A stretch of 64,000 bases of DNA, from contig CBDCYI010000004.1 in NCBI GenBank assembly GCA_965224085.1, positions 96,001 through 160,000 on the forward strand, given 5' to 3'. Source of the stretch: Candidatus Marinacidobacterales bacterium (lineage in GTDB: Bacteria > Acidobacteriota > Vicinamibacteria > Marinacidobacterales > SMYC01). Below are positions 10,985-21,139 of the stretch, piece by piece. Each line of letters opens with the position of its first letter. The first letter of the stretch is position 1. The notes beneath the pieces were generated by a model that worked only from the letters and a program-made list of their open reading frames with translations, ran no database searches and had not been told where the DNA came from. Made by a program: the position numbers and the translations under genes.

Positions 10985-11604
10985 GGTCTTGTCATCTCCT
11001 GGCCCTTGCGCAGCTTGTAGCGCTGTATCTTTCCGTTCGCCGTTTTCGGAAGCTCGTCGAGAAACTCGACTTTCCGCGGACGTTTATATTCCGCCAATTG
11101 CTCCCGGCAAAAGGTGATGAGGTCGCCTTCGAGCACGTCCGGATTGCCGTCGATCCAATCGCGATAGGCGACGCTACGTTCGTTCAAACCTCCAATGACG
11201 ACGACGTGCTTCACAAACGTTGCGACGTCGAGAATCGACGCGATCCTGGGCCAGAGACTTTCATGAACGACAAGTACACGGGCGCGGAAATCGTCGAGAA
11301 TATAGGCATATTCCTTCTCGGTCAGGAGTGTGTTGATCCCGACCGAGATCGCGCCGATCTTGAGCGTTCCAAAAAAGACGGAGACCGACTCTGCGCCGTC
11401 GAGCGAGAGCAGCGCAACGGTGTCACCCATCCCGACCCCGAGCCTGCGGAGCGCGTTCCCCACGCGATTGGCCTCAGTCGCCGCCTCTCCGAAGCTCAGA
11501 GTGCGGGCGTCTGAATAGAGGGCGGTCTTGTCCCGGCGCGATGGGAGATTGCGGTCGAGCATCTCGGACGCGTTGTAATAAACAGGTAGGTCCCGCGCTT
11601 TCAA
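10981..11604 (-). pseudogene. benzoate/anthranilate-CoA ligase family protein with a large in-frame internal deletion
   Basis: N-terminus (YNASEMLDRNL..KTALY) joined directly to C-terminus (YKRPRKVEFLDELPKTANGKIQRYKLR); AMP-binding core absent; start uncertain. Confidence 0.8.
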
Positions 11605-11753
11605 GAGGAGGCGATGATGCCGCAGAGGAGCGGTGCAAGGCAACCGTAACTCGAAAAGCCACGAGGTGTGGGACTTGCGAAGCCAGCCTCGGTCGTAGAA
11701 GATCTACCCTGTATTGTTGTCGGACGCGGAGCGAGGGGCGTCTAGGAGTTTCG

Positions 11754-14186
11754 ATGGGGAAGTTTGCTTTGGCCGTGATGGGAATCGCGTCTTTTAGCCT
11801 GGGCGCCAGCTCGCCCATCCAAGCTGAGGAGCCCGAGGCCAGGCTCTCCCCCGAAGCCGCGACCGCGATAGTAGAAGACTATTGCCTCATGTGCCACAAC
11901 GACGCGGCCATGACCGGCGGGCTGACGCTCGAGTCCTTCGACGCCGCCCATCCTGAGAAGAACGCGGAGACCGCGGAGAAGATGATCCGCAAGCTGCGTG
12001 CCCGGATGATGCCGCCGTCCTATGCTTCCCGACCGGATGATGCTGCCGTCGAAGCTCTTCTCACTATGCTCGCAGCGAGCCTCGACGCACGTTATGTCGA
12101 TAATCCCGACCCGGGGCGCCGCACGTTTCAAAGGCTCAACCGAGCGGAGTATCAGCGCTCGGTCAAAGACCTTCTCGCGATCGACGTCGACATCGATGCC
12201 CTACTGCCGACGGATACGGTAAGCCATAGCTTCGACAACATCGCCGACGTCCAGGGCATGTCGCCGACGGTCCTGGAAAGCTATCTTCGTGCCGCGGAGA
12301 GGATCAGCCGCGAAGCGGTGGGTGACCCCAAAGCCACCCCGAGCGAGACGAGCTACAAAGTTCCGCGGACGGGCTCGCAACTGCGTCACGTCGAAGGCGC
12401 TCCCTTCGGTACGCGCGGCGGCGTTTCCGTCGTCCACAACTTCCCCGCGGATGGCGACTACATCTTCAAGATAGAGCCACACAGGTCTCCCCAGGGCTTC
12501 CTTTACGGCAGGACAGCGAAGAACGAGCAAGTCGAGGTCTCGATGAACGGCAAGCGCCTCGCGCTCCTCGATATCGACCCGCTGATGAATGAAGAAGAAG
12601 ACGGCGGATTGATCCTCGAGACCGCGCGGATCGCTGTCAAAGCCGGCCCTCACCGCATCTCCGCCGCATTCCTCAAAACGTCGGAAGGCCCCATCGATGA
12701 CGTCATCGGACCGATCGAGCACACGCTCGCGGACAGCCATATCGGTATTGCTTACGGCATCACGACGCTGCCGCATCTCAGGGATTTCACCATCAGCGGA
12801 CCCTATGACGTGACGGGTGTCTCGGATACGCCGAGCCGGCGGCGGATCTTCACGTGCCGTCCGGTCTCGGCCGAAGAGGAGCAAAGCTGCGCCACGGAGA
12901 TCGTGACTGCAGTCGCGAGCCGAGCTTACCGGCGGCCTGTCGACGAGCTCGGCCTCGAAGGGCTCATGAGCTTCTACGCGCGCGGCCGCGAGAACGGCGA
13001 TTTCGAGAGCGGTGTTCGTCTGGCGCTTCAAGCGATCCTCGCGAGCCCGAGCTTCGTGTTCCGTTTCGAAGAGTTGCCCGAGACGGTAGAGCTCGGCGAG
13101 CGTTACCACGTCAGCGATCTGGACCTTGCGTCGCGCCTGTCTTTTTTCCTTTGGGCGACGCCGCCCGATGAAGAGCTCGTGCGCTTCGCCGCTTTTGGCC
13201 AGCTTTCGGACCCCGTGATTCTCGAACAGCAAGTGCGGCGGATGATTGCCGATCCCCGCTCCGAAGCGCTCTCGACGCGATTCGCTGCGCAGTGGCTGAG
13301 GCTCCAGGACCTCGCGAAGCTGAACCCCGACGCGTTGCGCTATCCGCTCTACGACGCGCGGCTCGCGGTCGCCATGAAACACGAGACTGAGCTCTTCTTC
13401 GACAACTTGGTCCGCGAAGACCGGAGCGTTCTCGAGCTCTTGACGGCCGACTACACCTTTGTCAACGAGCGCCTCGCCCAGCACTACCAGATCCCGAACG
13501 TTGCCGGCGCCGCCTTCCGGCGCGTCCCGCTCGACGGCGATGGCATCAATGAGAACCGACGCGGTGTCTTCGGTCATGGCAGCATTCTCGCGCTCACTTC
13601 GGTGGCGAATCGCACCTCTCCGGTGCAGCGCGGTAAGTGGGTGATGGAAGTGCTTCTCGGATCGCCGCCACCACCGCCACCGCCCAACGTACCCGCTCTC
13701 GAGGAGACGAGCGCTGTCGCCGAAGACCGCGTACTGTCGGTCCGCGAGCGCATGGAGATGCATCGCAAAAACCCCGCATGCAGCTCCTGTCATTCGGTGA
13801 TCGATCCGATTGGGCTCGCGCTCGAGAACTTCGACGTTACCGGCGCGTGGCGGCTCAAGGACGAAAGCGTTCCCATCGACGCTTCGGGCGAGCTCTATGA
13901 CGGGAGCCAGATCGACGGTCCGCTCGGATTGCGCGACGCGATCCTGAACCGTTCGGACGCCTTCGTCGCAACTTTCACCGAAAGCCTTTTGACTTATGCG
14001 TTGGGTCGGCGGGTCGAGCATTACGACATGCCCGTGGTGCGCGCCATTGCACGCGACGCCGCCCTTAACAAGTTCCGCATGTCGTCTTTCATTCTCGGGG
14101 TCGTGGAAAGCCCGCCGTTTCGGATGGGGACAGCGGACCGCACGCTGAGCGAGTCCGACGCCGTCTTCGAAAACGAGGAGAATTAG
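11754..14186 (+). CDS. DUF1592-family (PSD/PSCyt) cytochrome c-type protein
   Basis: Signal peptide, CLMCH and CSSCH haem motifs, RLNRAEY, LASRLSFFLW..PPD, RTSPVQRGKW. Confidence 0.9.
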   Translation: MGKFALAVMGIASFSLGASSPIQAEEPEARLSPEAATAIVEDYCLMCHNDAAMTGGLTLESFDAAHPEKNAETAEKMIRKLRARMMPPSYASRPDDAAVEALLTMLAASLDARYVDNPDPGRRTFQRLNRAEYQRSVKDLLAIDVDIDALLPTDTVSHSFDNIADVQGMSPTVLESYLRAAERISREAVGDPKATPSETSYKVPRTGSQLRHVEGAPFGTRGGVSVVHNFPADGDYIFKIEPHRSPQGFLYGRTAKNEQVEVSMNGKRLALLDIDPLMNEEEDGGLILETARIAVKAGPHRISAAFLKTSEGPIDDVIGPIEHTLADSHIGIAYGITTLPHLRDFTISGPYDVTGVSDTPSRRRIFTCRPVSAEEEQSCATEIVTAVASRAYRRPVDELGLEGLMSFYARGRENGDFESGVRLALQAILASPSFVFRFEELPETVELGERYHVSDLDLASRLSFFLWATPPDEELVRFAAFGQLSDPVILEQQVRRMIADPRSEALSTRFAAQWLRLQDLAKLNPDALRYPLYDARLAVAMKHETELFFDNLVREDRSVLELLTADYTFVNERLAQHYQIPNVAGAAFRRVPLDGDGINENRRGVFGHGSILALTSVANRTSPVQRGKWVMEVLLGSPPPPPPPNVPALEETSAVAEDRVLSVRERMEMHRKNPACSSCHSVIDPIGLALENFDVTGAWRLKDESVPIDASGELYDGSQIDGPLGLRDAILNRSDAFVATFTESLLTYALGRRVEHYDMPVVRAIARDAALNKFRMSSFILGVVESPPFRMGTADRTLSESDAVFENEEN

Positions 14187-14190
14187 TCCG

Positions 14191-15582
14191 ATGTACGTCA
14201 CGAACAAACACTTGTCCCGTCGCGCCGTCCTTCGCGGTGTGGGCGCGACGGTCGCCCTCCCTTTCCTCGAAGCCATGGTGCCCGCGCACAAAGCTTGGGC
14301 CGCGTCAGGAACGGATCACACGCGGCTCGTCTGTATCGAGATGGTGCACGGGGCCGCTGGTAGCAATGCCATCGGGATCGAGAAGAACCTGTGGTCGCCA
14401 GCGGCCGAAGGGGGCGACTTCGACCTCACGCCGAGCAGCTTGAGCCCTCTCGAGCCATACAGAAAATACTTGACCATCGTCAGCAACACGGATTCCCGCA
14501 TGGCCGAAGCCTTCTCCCCGCCAGAGATCGGGGGCGATCACTTTCGCACGAGCGCGGTGTTCCTGACCCAGCTACATCCGAAGCAGACCGAAGGCTCCGA
14601 CGTTGTCGCCGGGACGTCTCTCGATCAGCTCTACGCGCAGCGCTTCGGCCAGGACACGCCCATCCCGTCGATGCAGCTTTGTATCGAGAACATCGATCAG
14701 TCGGGCGGGTGCTCCTATGGCTACGCTTGCGTCTACGCCGATACCATCAGCTGGGCGTCGCCTACCGAGCCGCTTCCCATGATCCGCGACCCTCGGCTGG
14801 CGTTCGATCAACTCTTTGGCTCCGGTGGGACCGAAGAAGAACGCGCCGCGCGGCGCGAGGCCAATCAGAGCATTCTCGATTGGCTGCCCGACGAAGTTGC
14901 ACGGCTCGAAAGACGCCTCGGCGCGGCCGACCGAGCGCGGCTCGGAAACTATCTCGACAACGTGCGCGAGATCGAACGCCGGATCGAGAAGGTCGAAGAG
15001 CGCAACGCGAGCGGCGAAGCGCGGGAGCTCCCCGACGCTCCCGTGGGCGTTCCCGACTCCTTTGAAGAGCACTTGAAGCTCATGTTCGATTTACAAGCGC
15101 TCGCCTTCATGGCGGATATGACCCGCGTATTCTCGTTCAAGTTGAGCCGGGACGTCTCCGGGCGCGTGTTTCCCGAAAGCGGCGTGATGACGGGATTTCA
15201 TAACGCCTCCCACCACCGCGGCCGTGAGAAAAACGTCCTCGAATACGCCAAGATTAACCGCTACCACGTCAGTCTCATTCCCTACTTCCTGGACAGGCTC
15301 ATCAGCATCCAGGAAGGCGAGAGCAACATGCTCGAGAAAACGATGGTTCTCTATGGCTCGTCGATGGGCGATTCGAACTTGCACAACCACAAACGTTGTC
15401 CACTCTTTTTGGCGGGCCACGCCAACGGCCAGCTCACCGGCAATCTGCACGTCAAGGCGGCGGACGGAACACCCATGGCCAATATGATGTTGCCCTTGCT
15501 GCACAAGCTCGGCGTCGATTTGGAAAGCTTCGGCGACAGCACCGGGTCGCTTGATTTGACGCCCGGCGCCACGACGCTCTGA
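14191..15582 (+). CDS. DUF1552 (HXXSHH) Tat-exported protein
   Basis: SRRAVLRGVG Tat motif, HNASHH, canonical position after DUF1592. Confidence 0.9.
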   Translation: MYVTNKHLSRRAVLRGVGATVALPFLEAMVPAHKAWAASGTDHTRLVCIEMVHGAAGSNAIGIEKNLWSPAAEGGDFDLTPSSLSPLEPYRKYLTIVSNTDSRMAEAFSPPEIGGDHFRTSAVFLTQLHPKQTEGSDVVAGTSLDQLYAQRFGQDTPIPSMQLCIENIDQSGGCSYGYACVYADTISWASPTEPLPMIRDPRLAFDQLFGSGGTEEERAARREANQSILDWLPDEVARLERRLGAADRARLGNYLDNVREIERRIEKVEERNASGEARELPDAPVGVPDSFEEHLKLMFDLQALAFMADMTRVFSFKLSRDVSGRVFPESGVMTGFHNASHHRGREKNVLEYAKINRYHVSLIPYFLDRLISIQEGESNMLEKTMVLYGSSMGDSNLHNHKRCPLFLAGHANGQLTGNLHVKAADGTPMANMMLPLLHKLGVDLESFGDSTGSLDLTPGATTL

Positions 15583-15589
15583 TTGATAG

Positions 15590-17407
15590 ATGAGGTTCAA
15601 AGGAAAGACGATGCAAGCTCTTCGATTGAGCACCGCGGCGGCGCTTTGCGCTTTGCTCATCGCGGCTGGGCCCGTCGATTTTACGACGAGTGACTCTCCC
15701 GTGGCCGACGCGGCGATGCAGAGTGAGCGCGCGTCCGTGCGCTCCTTGCTGCGCCAGGGCGGCGACGTCAACGCGGCCCAGGGCGACGGCATGTCCGCGC
15801 TTCACTGGGCGGCGTTGAAAGGCGACGTCGAGATGGCCGAAATGCTGCTTTACGCTGGTGCCATCGTGAATGCGGCGACGAGACTCGGCGCTTATACGCC
15901 CTTGTTCCTCGCCGCCAAGAGCGGCCATCCCGCGATGATCGAGACCCTTGTCGAAGCTCGAGCCGACGTGAACACGGCCACGACAACAGGTGCGACACCT
16001 CTCATGCTGGCCGCCGCCTCCGGAAGCGTCCAGGCCGTCACGCTTCTCTTGGGCGAGGGCGCCGACGTGAATGCGGCGGAGTCGAAGCGCAACCAGACAG
16101 CCTTGATGTTCGCGGCCGCCTATGGACGCGCCGGCGTCATAGAGGTGCTCGTCGAGCGGGGCGCGGATGTCGCCTTGGCGACGAGCCTTGTGGACGTCCC
16201 AGCGCTCGAGAAGGAAGACCGCGCGGCGCTCCGGGCCAAGCTTCACAAGCAGCGCGAAGCACGCGAGAACGCCGCGGCGGCCGACGAGCCGAAGACGGTG
16301 ACCGCGAAGATCGAAAAGAAGGGCGGTCCCGGCTTTTTCTCGAAGATGTTCGGCTGGCTGAAGCCTGGCAAGAGCAAGACCGCGAGTGCTCTGCCGCGCC
16401 GGTCGCGGAGGAGTTATGGCGAGCTCGTTGGCATCCAAGGCGGCTTGACACCGTTGCTGCTCTCGGCACGTGAGGGCCACGTCGAGGCCGTTGAAGCCCT
16501 CCTCGCCGCTGGTGCTGACATCAACCAGTTGAGCGACGGCACCAAGACGAGCGCCATTCTCATTGCCACGATGAACGGGCACTACGATCTCGCCAAGATC
16601 TTGCTCGATCGAGGAGCGGATCCGAGCCTCGTCAACGAGCCGGCGGGCGTCACGCCGCTCTACGCCGCCATCAATATTTGGTACGCACCCCATGCGAGCT
16701 ATCCCCAGCCCACCGCACAGTTTCAGCAGACGCTGAGCCATTTGGAGCTGATGAAAGCTCTTCTAGAAGGCGGCGCCGATCCGAACGTGCGCTTGAAGAA
16801 GAAGATATGGTTCAGCGCCTACAACTTTGATCAATCGGGGCTCGACGAGACGGGCGCGACACCGTTTTGGCGTGCGGCTTATGCGAGCGACGTCGCGGCC
16901 ATGCGTCTTTTGAAGGACCACGGCGCCGATCCTTCCATCCGGACCAAGAAGCCGCCCGAGCGGCCGCGCGTGGCTGACGAGCAAGCCCGAGAGATCAAGG
17001 ATATCTCAGCTCTCCCGCCCGTCCCCGAAGGAGGGCCAGCCATTGCGCCCATCCACGCGGCTTCAGGCGCCGGTTACGGGGAGGGATTTGCCGCGAACGA
17101 GCATCGCAACCACCCGGCCGGGTTTTTGGCGGGCGTTCGGTTTCTCGTCGAAGCGTGCGGCGCGGACGTCACCGCGCGGGACCATGAGGGGAATACGGCG
17201 CTTCACAACGCCGCCGCGCGAGGAGATGTCGCGCTGATCGAATATCTGGTCTCGAAAGGCGCCGACGTGACGGCGGTGAACCGCGAAGGTCAGACCACCG
17301 CCGACATGGCTAACGGGCCGGTGCAGCGCATCCAGCCCTTCCCGGAAGTGATCGCACTGCTGACGAGCCTCGGCGCCGTCAACAACAATAAGTGCGTCTC
17401 CTGCTAA
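15590..17407 (+). CDS. secreted ankyrin-repeat protein
   Basis: Many GADVN..G.TPL..AA repeats, signal peptide, C-terminal CVSC; alternative start 15611. Confidence 0.92.
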   Translation: MRFKGKTMQALRLSTAAALCALLIAAGPVDFTTSDSPVADAAMQSERASVRSLLRQGGDVNAAQGDGMSALHWAALKGDVEMAEMLLYAGAIVNAATRLGAYTPLFLAAKSGHPAMIETLVEARADVNTATTTGATPLMLAAASGSVQAVTLLLGEGADVNAAESKRNQTALMFAAAYGRAGVIEVLVERGADVALATSLVDVPALEKEDRAALRAKLHKQREARENAAAADEPKTVTAKIEKKGGPGFFSKMFGWLKPGKSKTASALPRRSRRSYGELVGIQGGLTPLLLSAREGHVEAVEALLAAGADINQLSDGTKTSAILIATMNGHYDLAKILLDRGADPSLVNEPAGVTPLYAAINIWYAPHASYPQPTAQFQQTLSHLELMKALLEGGADPNVRLKKKIWFSAYNFDQSGLDETGATPFWRAAYASDVAAMRLLKDHGADPSIRTKKPPERPRVADEQAREIKDISALPPVPEGGPAIAPIHAASGAGYGEGFAANEHRNHPAGFLAGVRFLVEACGADVTARDHEGNTALHNAAARGDVALIEYLVSKGADVTAVNREGQTTADMANGPVQRIQPFPEVIALLTSLGAVNNNKCVSC

Positions 17408-17439
17408 AATAGCATGGCGACGGAGTTCTTTCCCGGCTG

Positions 17440-17541
17440 GAACAAACCTCCCAAGCGCCGCCCGGTCTCCTCCGGATATCCGTGGGTCTCGAGAACGCCG
17501 ACGACCTTCTCGACGACTTGCGCGAGGCGCTCGACGGATAG
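17440..17541 (+). pseudogene. C-terminal fragment of a Cys/Met-metabolism PLP enzyme
   Basis: GLLRISVGLENADDLLDDLREALDG* is the family C-terminal signature. Confidence 0.75.
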
Positions 17542-17616
17542 CTCGAAATAGACGACAGGCGGCGTGGCGGTCGGCGGCCCGTTTCGCGTATTACATTAGC
17601 GAAGGAGAAACCGAAA

Positions 17617-18405
17617 ATGGCAGTCACGCTTCCCAAAGCGCCGGCCGTGGACCGCGAAACCTTGCGGGACGCGATCCGCGATGAGTACAAAACCGTAGCC
17701 CAGGACCCCGATCAGGGCTTCCACTTCCACACCGGCAGACGCCTCGCAGGAATCCTCGGCTATGACAAGAGCCTTCTCGACGGCGTGCCCGAGCGAGCCA
17801 TCGAATCGTTTGCCGGGACCGGCAATCCTTTCAGCGTGGGTGCGCTAGAGGCGGGCGAGCACGTCGTGGATGTAGGAAGCGGCGCCGGTATCGACAGCCT
17901 CATTGCCGCACGCATGGTCGCTCCAGAGGGTCGCGTGGTGGGCATCGATATGACCGAGTCCATGCTCCAGAAAGCGACGGACGCGAGAAACGAATCCGGC
18001 CTCGATAACGTGGAGTTTCGCATGGGCTACGGAGAGGAGCTGCCAGTGCTTGATGGTTGGGCCGACGTCATCATCTCGAACGGAGTCTTCAATCTCATGC
18101 CCGACAAGCTCGCCGCGCTGAGAGAAATGGCGCGGGTCCTCAAGCCCGGCGGCAGGCTACAGCTCGCCGATATTCTCGTCAACAAACCGGTCAGCGAGAA
18201 AGCCAAGGAGCGAATCGAGCTCTGGACCGGGTGAATCGCCGGCGCTCTGCTGGAAGCAGAGCTCGAGGCGGCGGTCGCCGCGACGGGATTCGAAGGATTC
18301 GAGATCACTTGGCGCGCCGACGTCTTCGCCGACGCACCGCAGCAGTCGAGCGCAAGAAACTTTGGTACGGTCGGGATCAACTTCCGCGCGAAGAAAGGAT
18401 CTTGA
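17617..18405 (+). CDS. ArsM-like SAM methyltransferase, probable selenoprotein (UGA at 18232-18234)
   Basis: SFAGTGNP, VVDVGSGAGIDS, DVIISNGVFNLMPDK; after TGA the frame continues IAGALLEAEL..FRAKKGS*; WTG-U-IAGA aligns with the ArsM WxGCIAGA motif. Confidence 0.85.
18244..18262 (+). promoter_or_regulatory. bacterial SECIS-like hairpin
   Basis: GCTCTGC-TGGAA-GCAGAGC; loop begins 16 nt after the UGA and has G at position 2. Confidence 0.65.
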
Positions 18406-18418
18406 TTTTTCGTGCCGC

Positions 18419-18672
18419 TCAAACGCGGCAAGCATAGGCGCCTTCGAGCTCGGCCAAAGCTTTCTCGAGCTCGAGCTGCACCAGCGAGCGGAAAGTGCCG
18501 TATAGCTTGCCGTGATAGGGCGCTTGGTCGGCTTCGAGAAAAGATTCGTAGCTTTCGTAGAGCACCGTCGACGCTCGATGGATCGGAGGATTGATGGTCT
18601 GGAAAGGATCGGGCTTTCGAGCGCTCCGGGACTCAGCCATCCGTCATTCTGCCTTTCGTGCCCCTCGTCCAA
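18419..18672 (-). pseudogene. metC: N-terminal fragment of a cystathionine beta-lyase-like PLP enzyme
   Basis: INPPIHRASTVLY...YG....LEKALAELEGA; frameshifted near the start, truncated near 18420. Confidence 0.7.
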
Positions 18673-18721
18673 TTAAAGCGAGGGCCACCGGGCCCGAAAG
18701 GTCGTGAGGCCCGAGGCCTCC

Positions 18722-19957
18722 TCATTCCACCGACAAAAAAGTGAGTGTCGATACATCTTTGACGTAGATGCGGTTGCCGGAGATGCTCGGCTGCGCCCAG
18801 GTCGCGCTCGTGGCCACTTCGTAGCGTTCCACAACCTCGAACGACGTGCGGCTCGCGCGCAGGATGACGAGCTCGCCGTCGTCCTCGAGCGAGAAAATTG
18901 TGTTCTCTGCTCGGACGATGGCAGCGTTTTCTGCCTGGCGTGGGTCGCTCTTCCAAAGAACCTCGCCGCTATCGAGGTCGAGCCCAAAATACTGCCCGCT
19001 GTTCAAGTGGGAGAGCCCGTACAACACGCCATCGACGACGACTCCGTTGGTCATATGCAACGAGATTTCGTCGGTGTGCCAAAGGTTGTCGGTATGAAAC
19101 GCCTCCCCTCGCCGCACGACATGAAAAGCGGTAATGCCATTGCTCCGCCCCGCTTCTATCACCCTGTTCTCGTAGAGAATCGGTGTTTGCGACGTCGTCG
19201 TGCTCGGTGTGGTATAGGGGCGTCGCCACAAAAGCTCCCCTGTTGCACGCGCCACACCGACGAAATTCTCTTGGGTGAACGTCACGACTTGCCGTGTGCC
19301 CGCAAGCTCGAACACCATGGGCGATCCATAGGCCGGCCCGTCTTCGTCCCACTTCCACCGTGCCGCGCCGGTAGCGACGTCGAAGGCGGTGAGCGCGCCG
19401 TCGTCGTGGCCGCCGACATGCACGATCACGACGTCGTCATCCACGATGGGAGACGTCGCCGTATGGTAAAGAGGGTGGACCCGAGGCGACGGGTTCTGCC
19501 AAAGCTGACGGCCGGTCTTGGCGTCGAATGCCGTGACCATACCCGTCATGCCCAAAGTGAACACCCGGCCGTCGGCGAATACGGGTGTCGACTTGGGACC
19601 GGGGCCGTGGCGCCTCGCCGCCGACATTACTTCGAAGGGCGCCGGGTAGGGAGCGGACCAAAGGACGTTTCCCGAGTCGGCGTCGAGAGCCAACAGAACT
19701 TCGTTTTCTTCCTGACGGGTGTACATGTAGATCCGGTCGCCGACCAAGATCGGCGTCGCGTAGCCGAAACCGACCTCCACCTTGAAGAACTCGCTCAGCG
19801 CTTCCGGCCACGAAGCAGGCTCGCGAAAGGAGGCCGCGGCGCCATCGCGGTTCGGCCCCCGCCATTGGGGCCAATCGTGCGCATCGGCCTTTGGCGGCGG
19901 CGCGGCCAATCCCAAAATAAAGGTGCTCAACAGAACGTGTCGACGAATCACTGCCAC
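18722..19957 (-). CDS. PQQ-binding-like beta-propeller protein
   Basis: Signal peptide, DWPQWRGPNRDG, repeated ALDA.TG..LW blades. Confidence 0.88.
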   Translation of the reverse strand: MAVIRRHVLLSTFILGLAAPPPKADAHDWPQWRGPNRDGAAASFREPASWPEALSEFFKVEVGFGYATPILVGDRIYMYTRQEENEVLLALDADSGNVLWSAPYPAPFEVMSAARRHGPGPKSTPVFADGRVFTLGMTGMVTAFDAKTGRQLWQNPSPRVHPLYHTATSPIVDDDVVIVHVGGHDDGALTAFDVATGAARWKWDEDGPAYGSPMVFELAGTRQVVTFTQENFVGVARATGELLWRRPYTTPSTTTSQTPILYENRVIEAGRSNGITAFHVVRRGEAFHTDNLWHTDEISLHMTNGVVVDGVLYGLSHLNSGQYFGLDLDSGEVLWKSDPRQAENAAIVRAENTIFSLEDDGELVILRASRTSFEVVERYEVATSATWAQPSISGNRIYVKDVSTLTFLSVE

Positions 19958-20436
19958 GAGCCCTCTATCGTCAACTGTTGGACCTGGGTCAAGAACGCAT
20001 GCCCACGAGGATCGTTCGCGCGGCTCGTATCCGAGATCTCCGCGAGCAAGCGCCGCTGATCGTCGCGATCGAGCTCGGTGAACTTACGTTGTCGCGAAAT
20101 AGATACATAGGACTCGAGCCATGAGAGTCCATCGCTGAATGCGTTCTGCATGCGCGGCTCCGCACGACTGAGGGCGAGATCGATGTACTCGTGCACAGCT
20201 CGGTCGCGCGCGCCCTGCCTATCGTTTAGAGGGAGAACGCACGCGGATAGACTCGCGGCCGTCTCGACATCTTTGCGGTCGAGAAACCGCGGCTGCCACG
20301 ACGTGTCCTTCGCTGCAGGGACGGAAGGGTGAGGCGGTAGCGCGGGAGGAAGTAGAGGAAGGGCGGTCGCAGAACCGATGAAGCGCAAGGCGTCGCGCCG
20401 GCTGATAAAGCTCGGTCGTTCTCTATTGGATAGCAT
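19948..20436 (-). CDS. gluconate 2-dehydrogenase subunit 3-family protein (Tat), possibly 3' truncated
   Basis: SRRDALRF, LP....GA....VHEYID, F.EL...Q..LL, F...QLTIEG; usual YYTS tail absent. Confidence 0.7.
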   Translation of the reverse strand: MLSNRERPSFISRRDALRFIGSATALPLLPPALPPHPSVPAAKDTSWQPRFLDRKDVETAASLSACVLPLNDRQGARDRAVHEYIDLALSRAEPRMQNAFSDGLSWLESYVSISRQRKFTELDRDDQRRLLAEISDTSRANDPRGHAFLTQVQQLTIEGSWQ

Positions 20437-20446
20437 CCGTGCCTCC

Positions 20447-21018
20447 TTAGTTTCGATCGCAGAGGATATAAGCGTCGATGACAGCACGCTCGCCGGCCTT
20501 TCCCGGCATCGAGTTGCCGTGCTCCATCCCCACGATACCTCGATACCCTTTGCCTTTGAGATGCCGAAAAACGTTGTGATAATTGATCTCGCCGGTTGTC
20601 GGCTCTTTGCGACCCGGATTGTCTCCGATTTGAATATAAGCGATCTCGTCCCACGCCTTGTCCATATTCGGGATCAAGTTCCCTTCCGTGATCTGCTGAT
20701 GGTAGAGATCGTCCAAGATCTTGCACGACGGGCTCGCGACCGCCCGGCAGATCTGGACCGCATGCCGAGCCGCTCGAGCTCGTTTCCAATCCGCTCCTGG
20801 ACTGAGATGTCCCGCCCGGGCATCTCGTTATCCTCCAGTGCGCGAAACCCCTCGTCATGCATGAAACGCAGTTGATCGATCAAGTCGTCTCCCGCGTGAT
20901 GACGAAACATTCCGAAATGCGGCGCGTAGTCAAGGGCGAATGGCGTCCGCTGTGCAGACGGCACCAGCCCCATGCATGCGCCAGCGGCGCCCATTTGGAG
21001 AAACTTTCTTCGATTCAC
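20447..21018 (-). pseudogene. hydroxypyruvate isomerase-family TIM barrel (Tat) with internal deletion
   Basis: NRRKFL, YAPHFGMF, then an out-of-frame jump to KILDDLYHQQITEGNLI..QIGDNPGRKEPTTGEINY..GMEH. Confidence 0.82.
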
Positions 21019-21139
21019 AGCGCCTTTCGTATCAGCCTTGAGAGCCGCGGTCAACTTGCAGCACGGGCGTCGATCGAGTCTACTGCCGGCACGATCTCTC
21101 GTGTTATAACGACGGACTAGAAACTCCGGGAGGTTTCTG

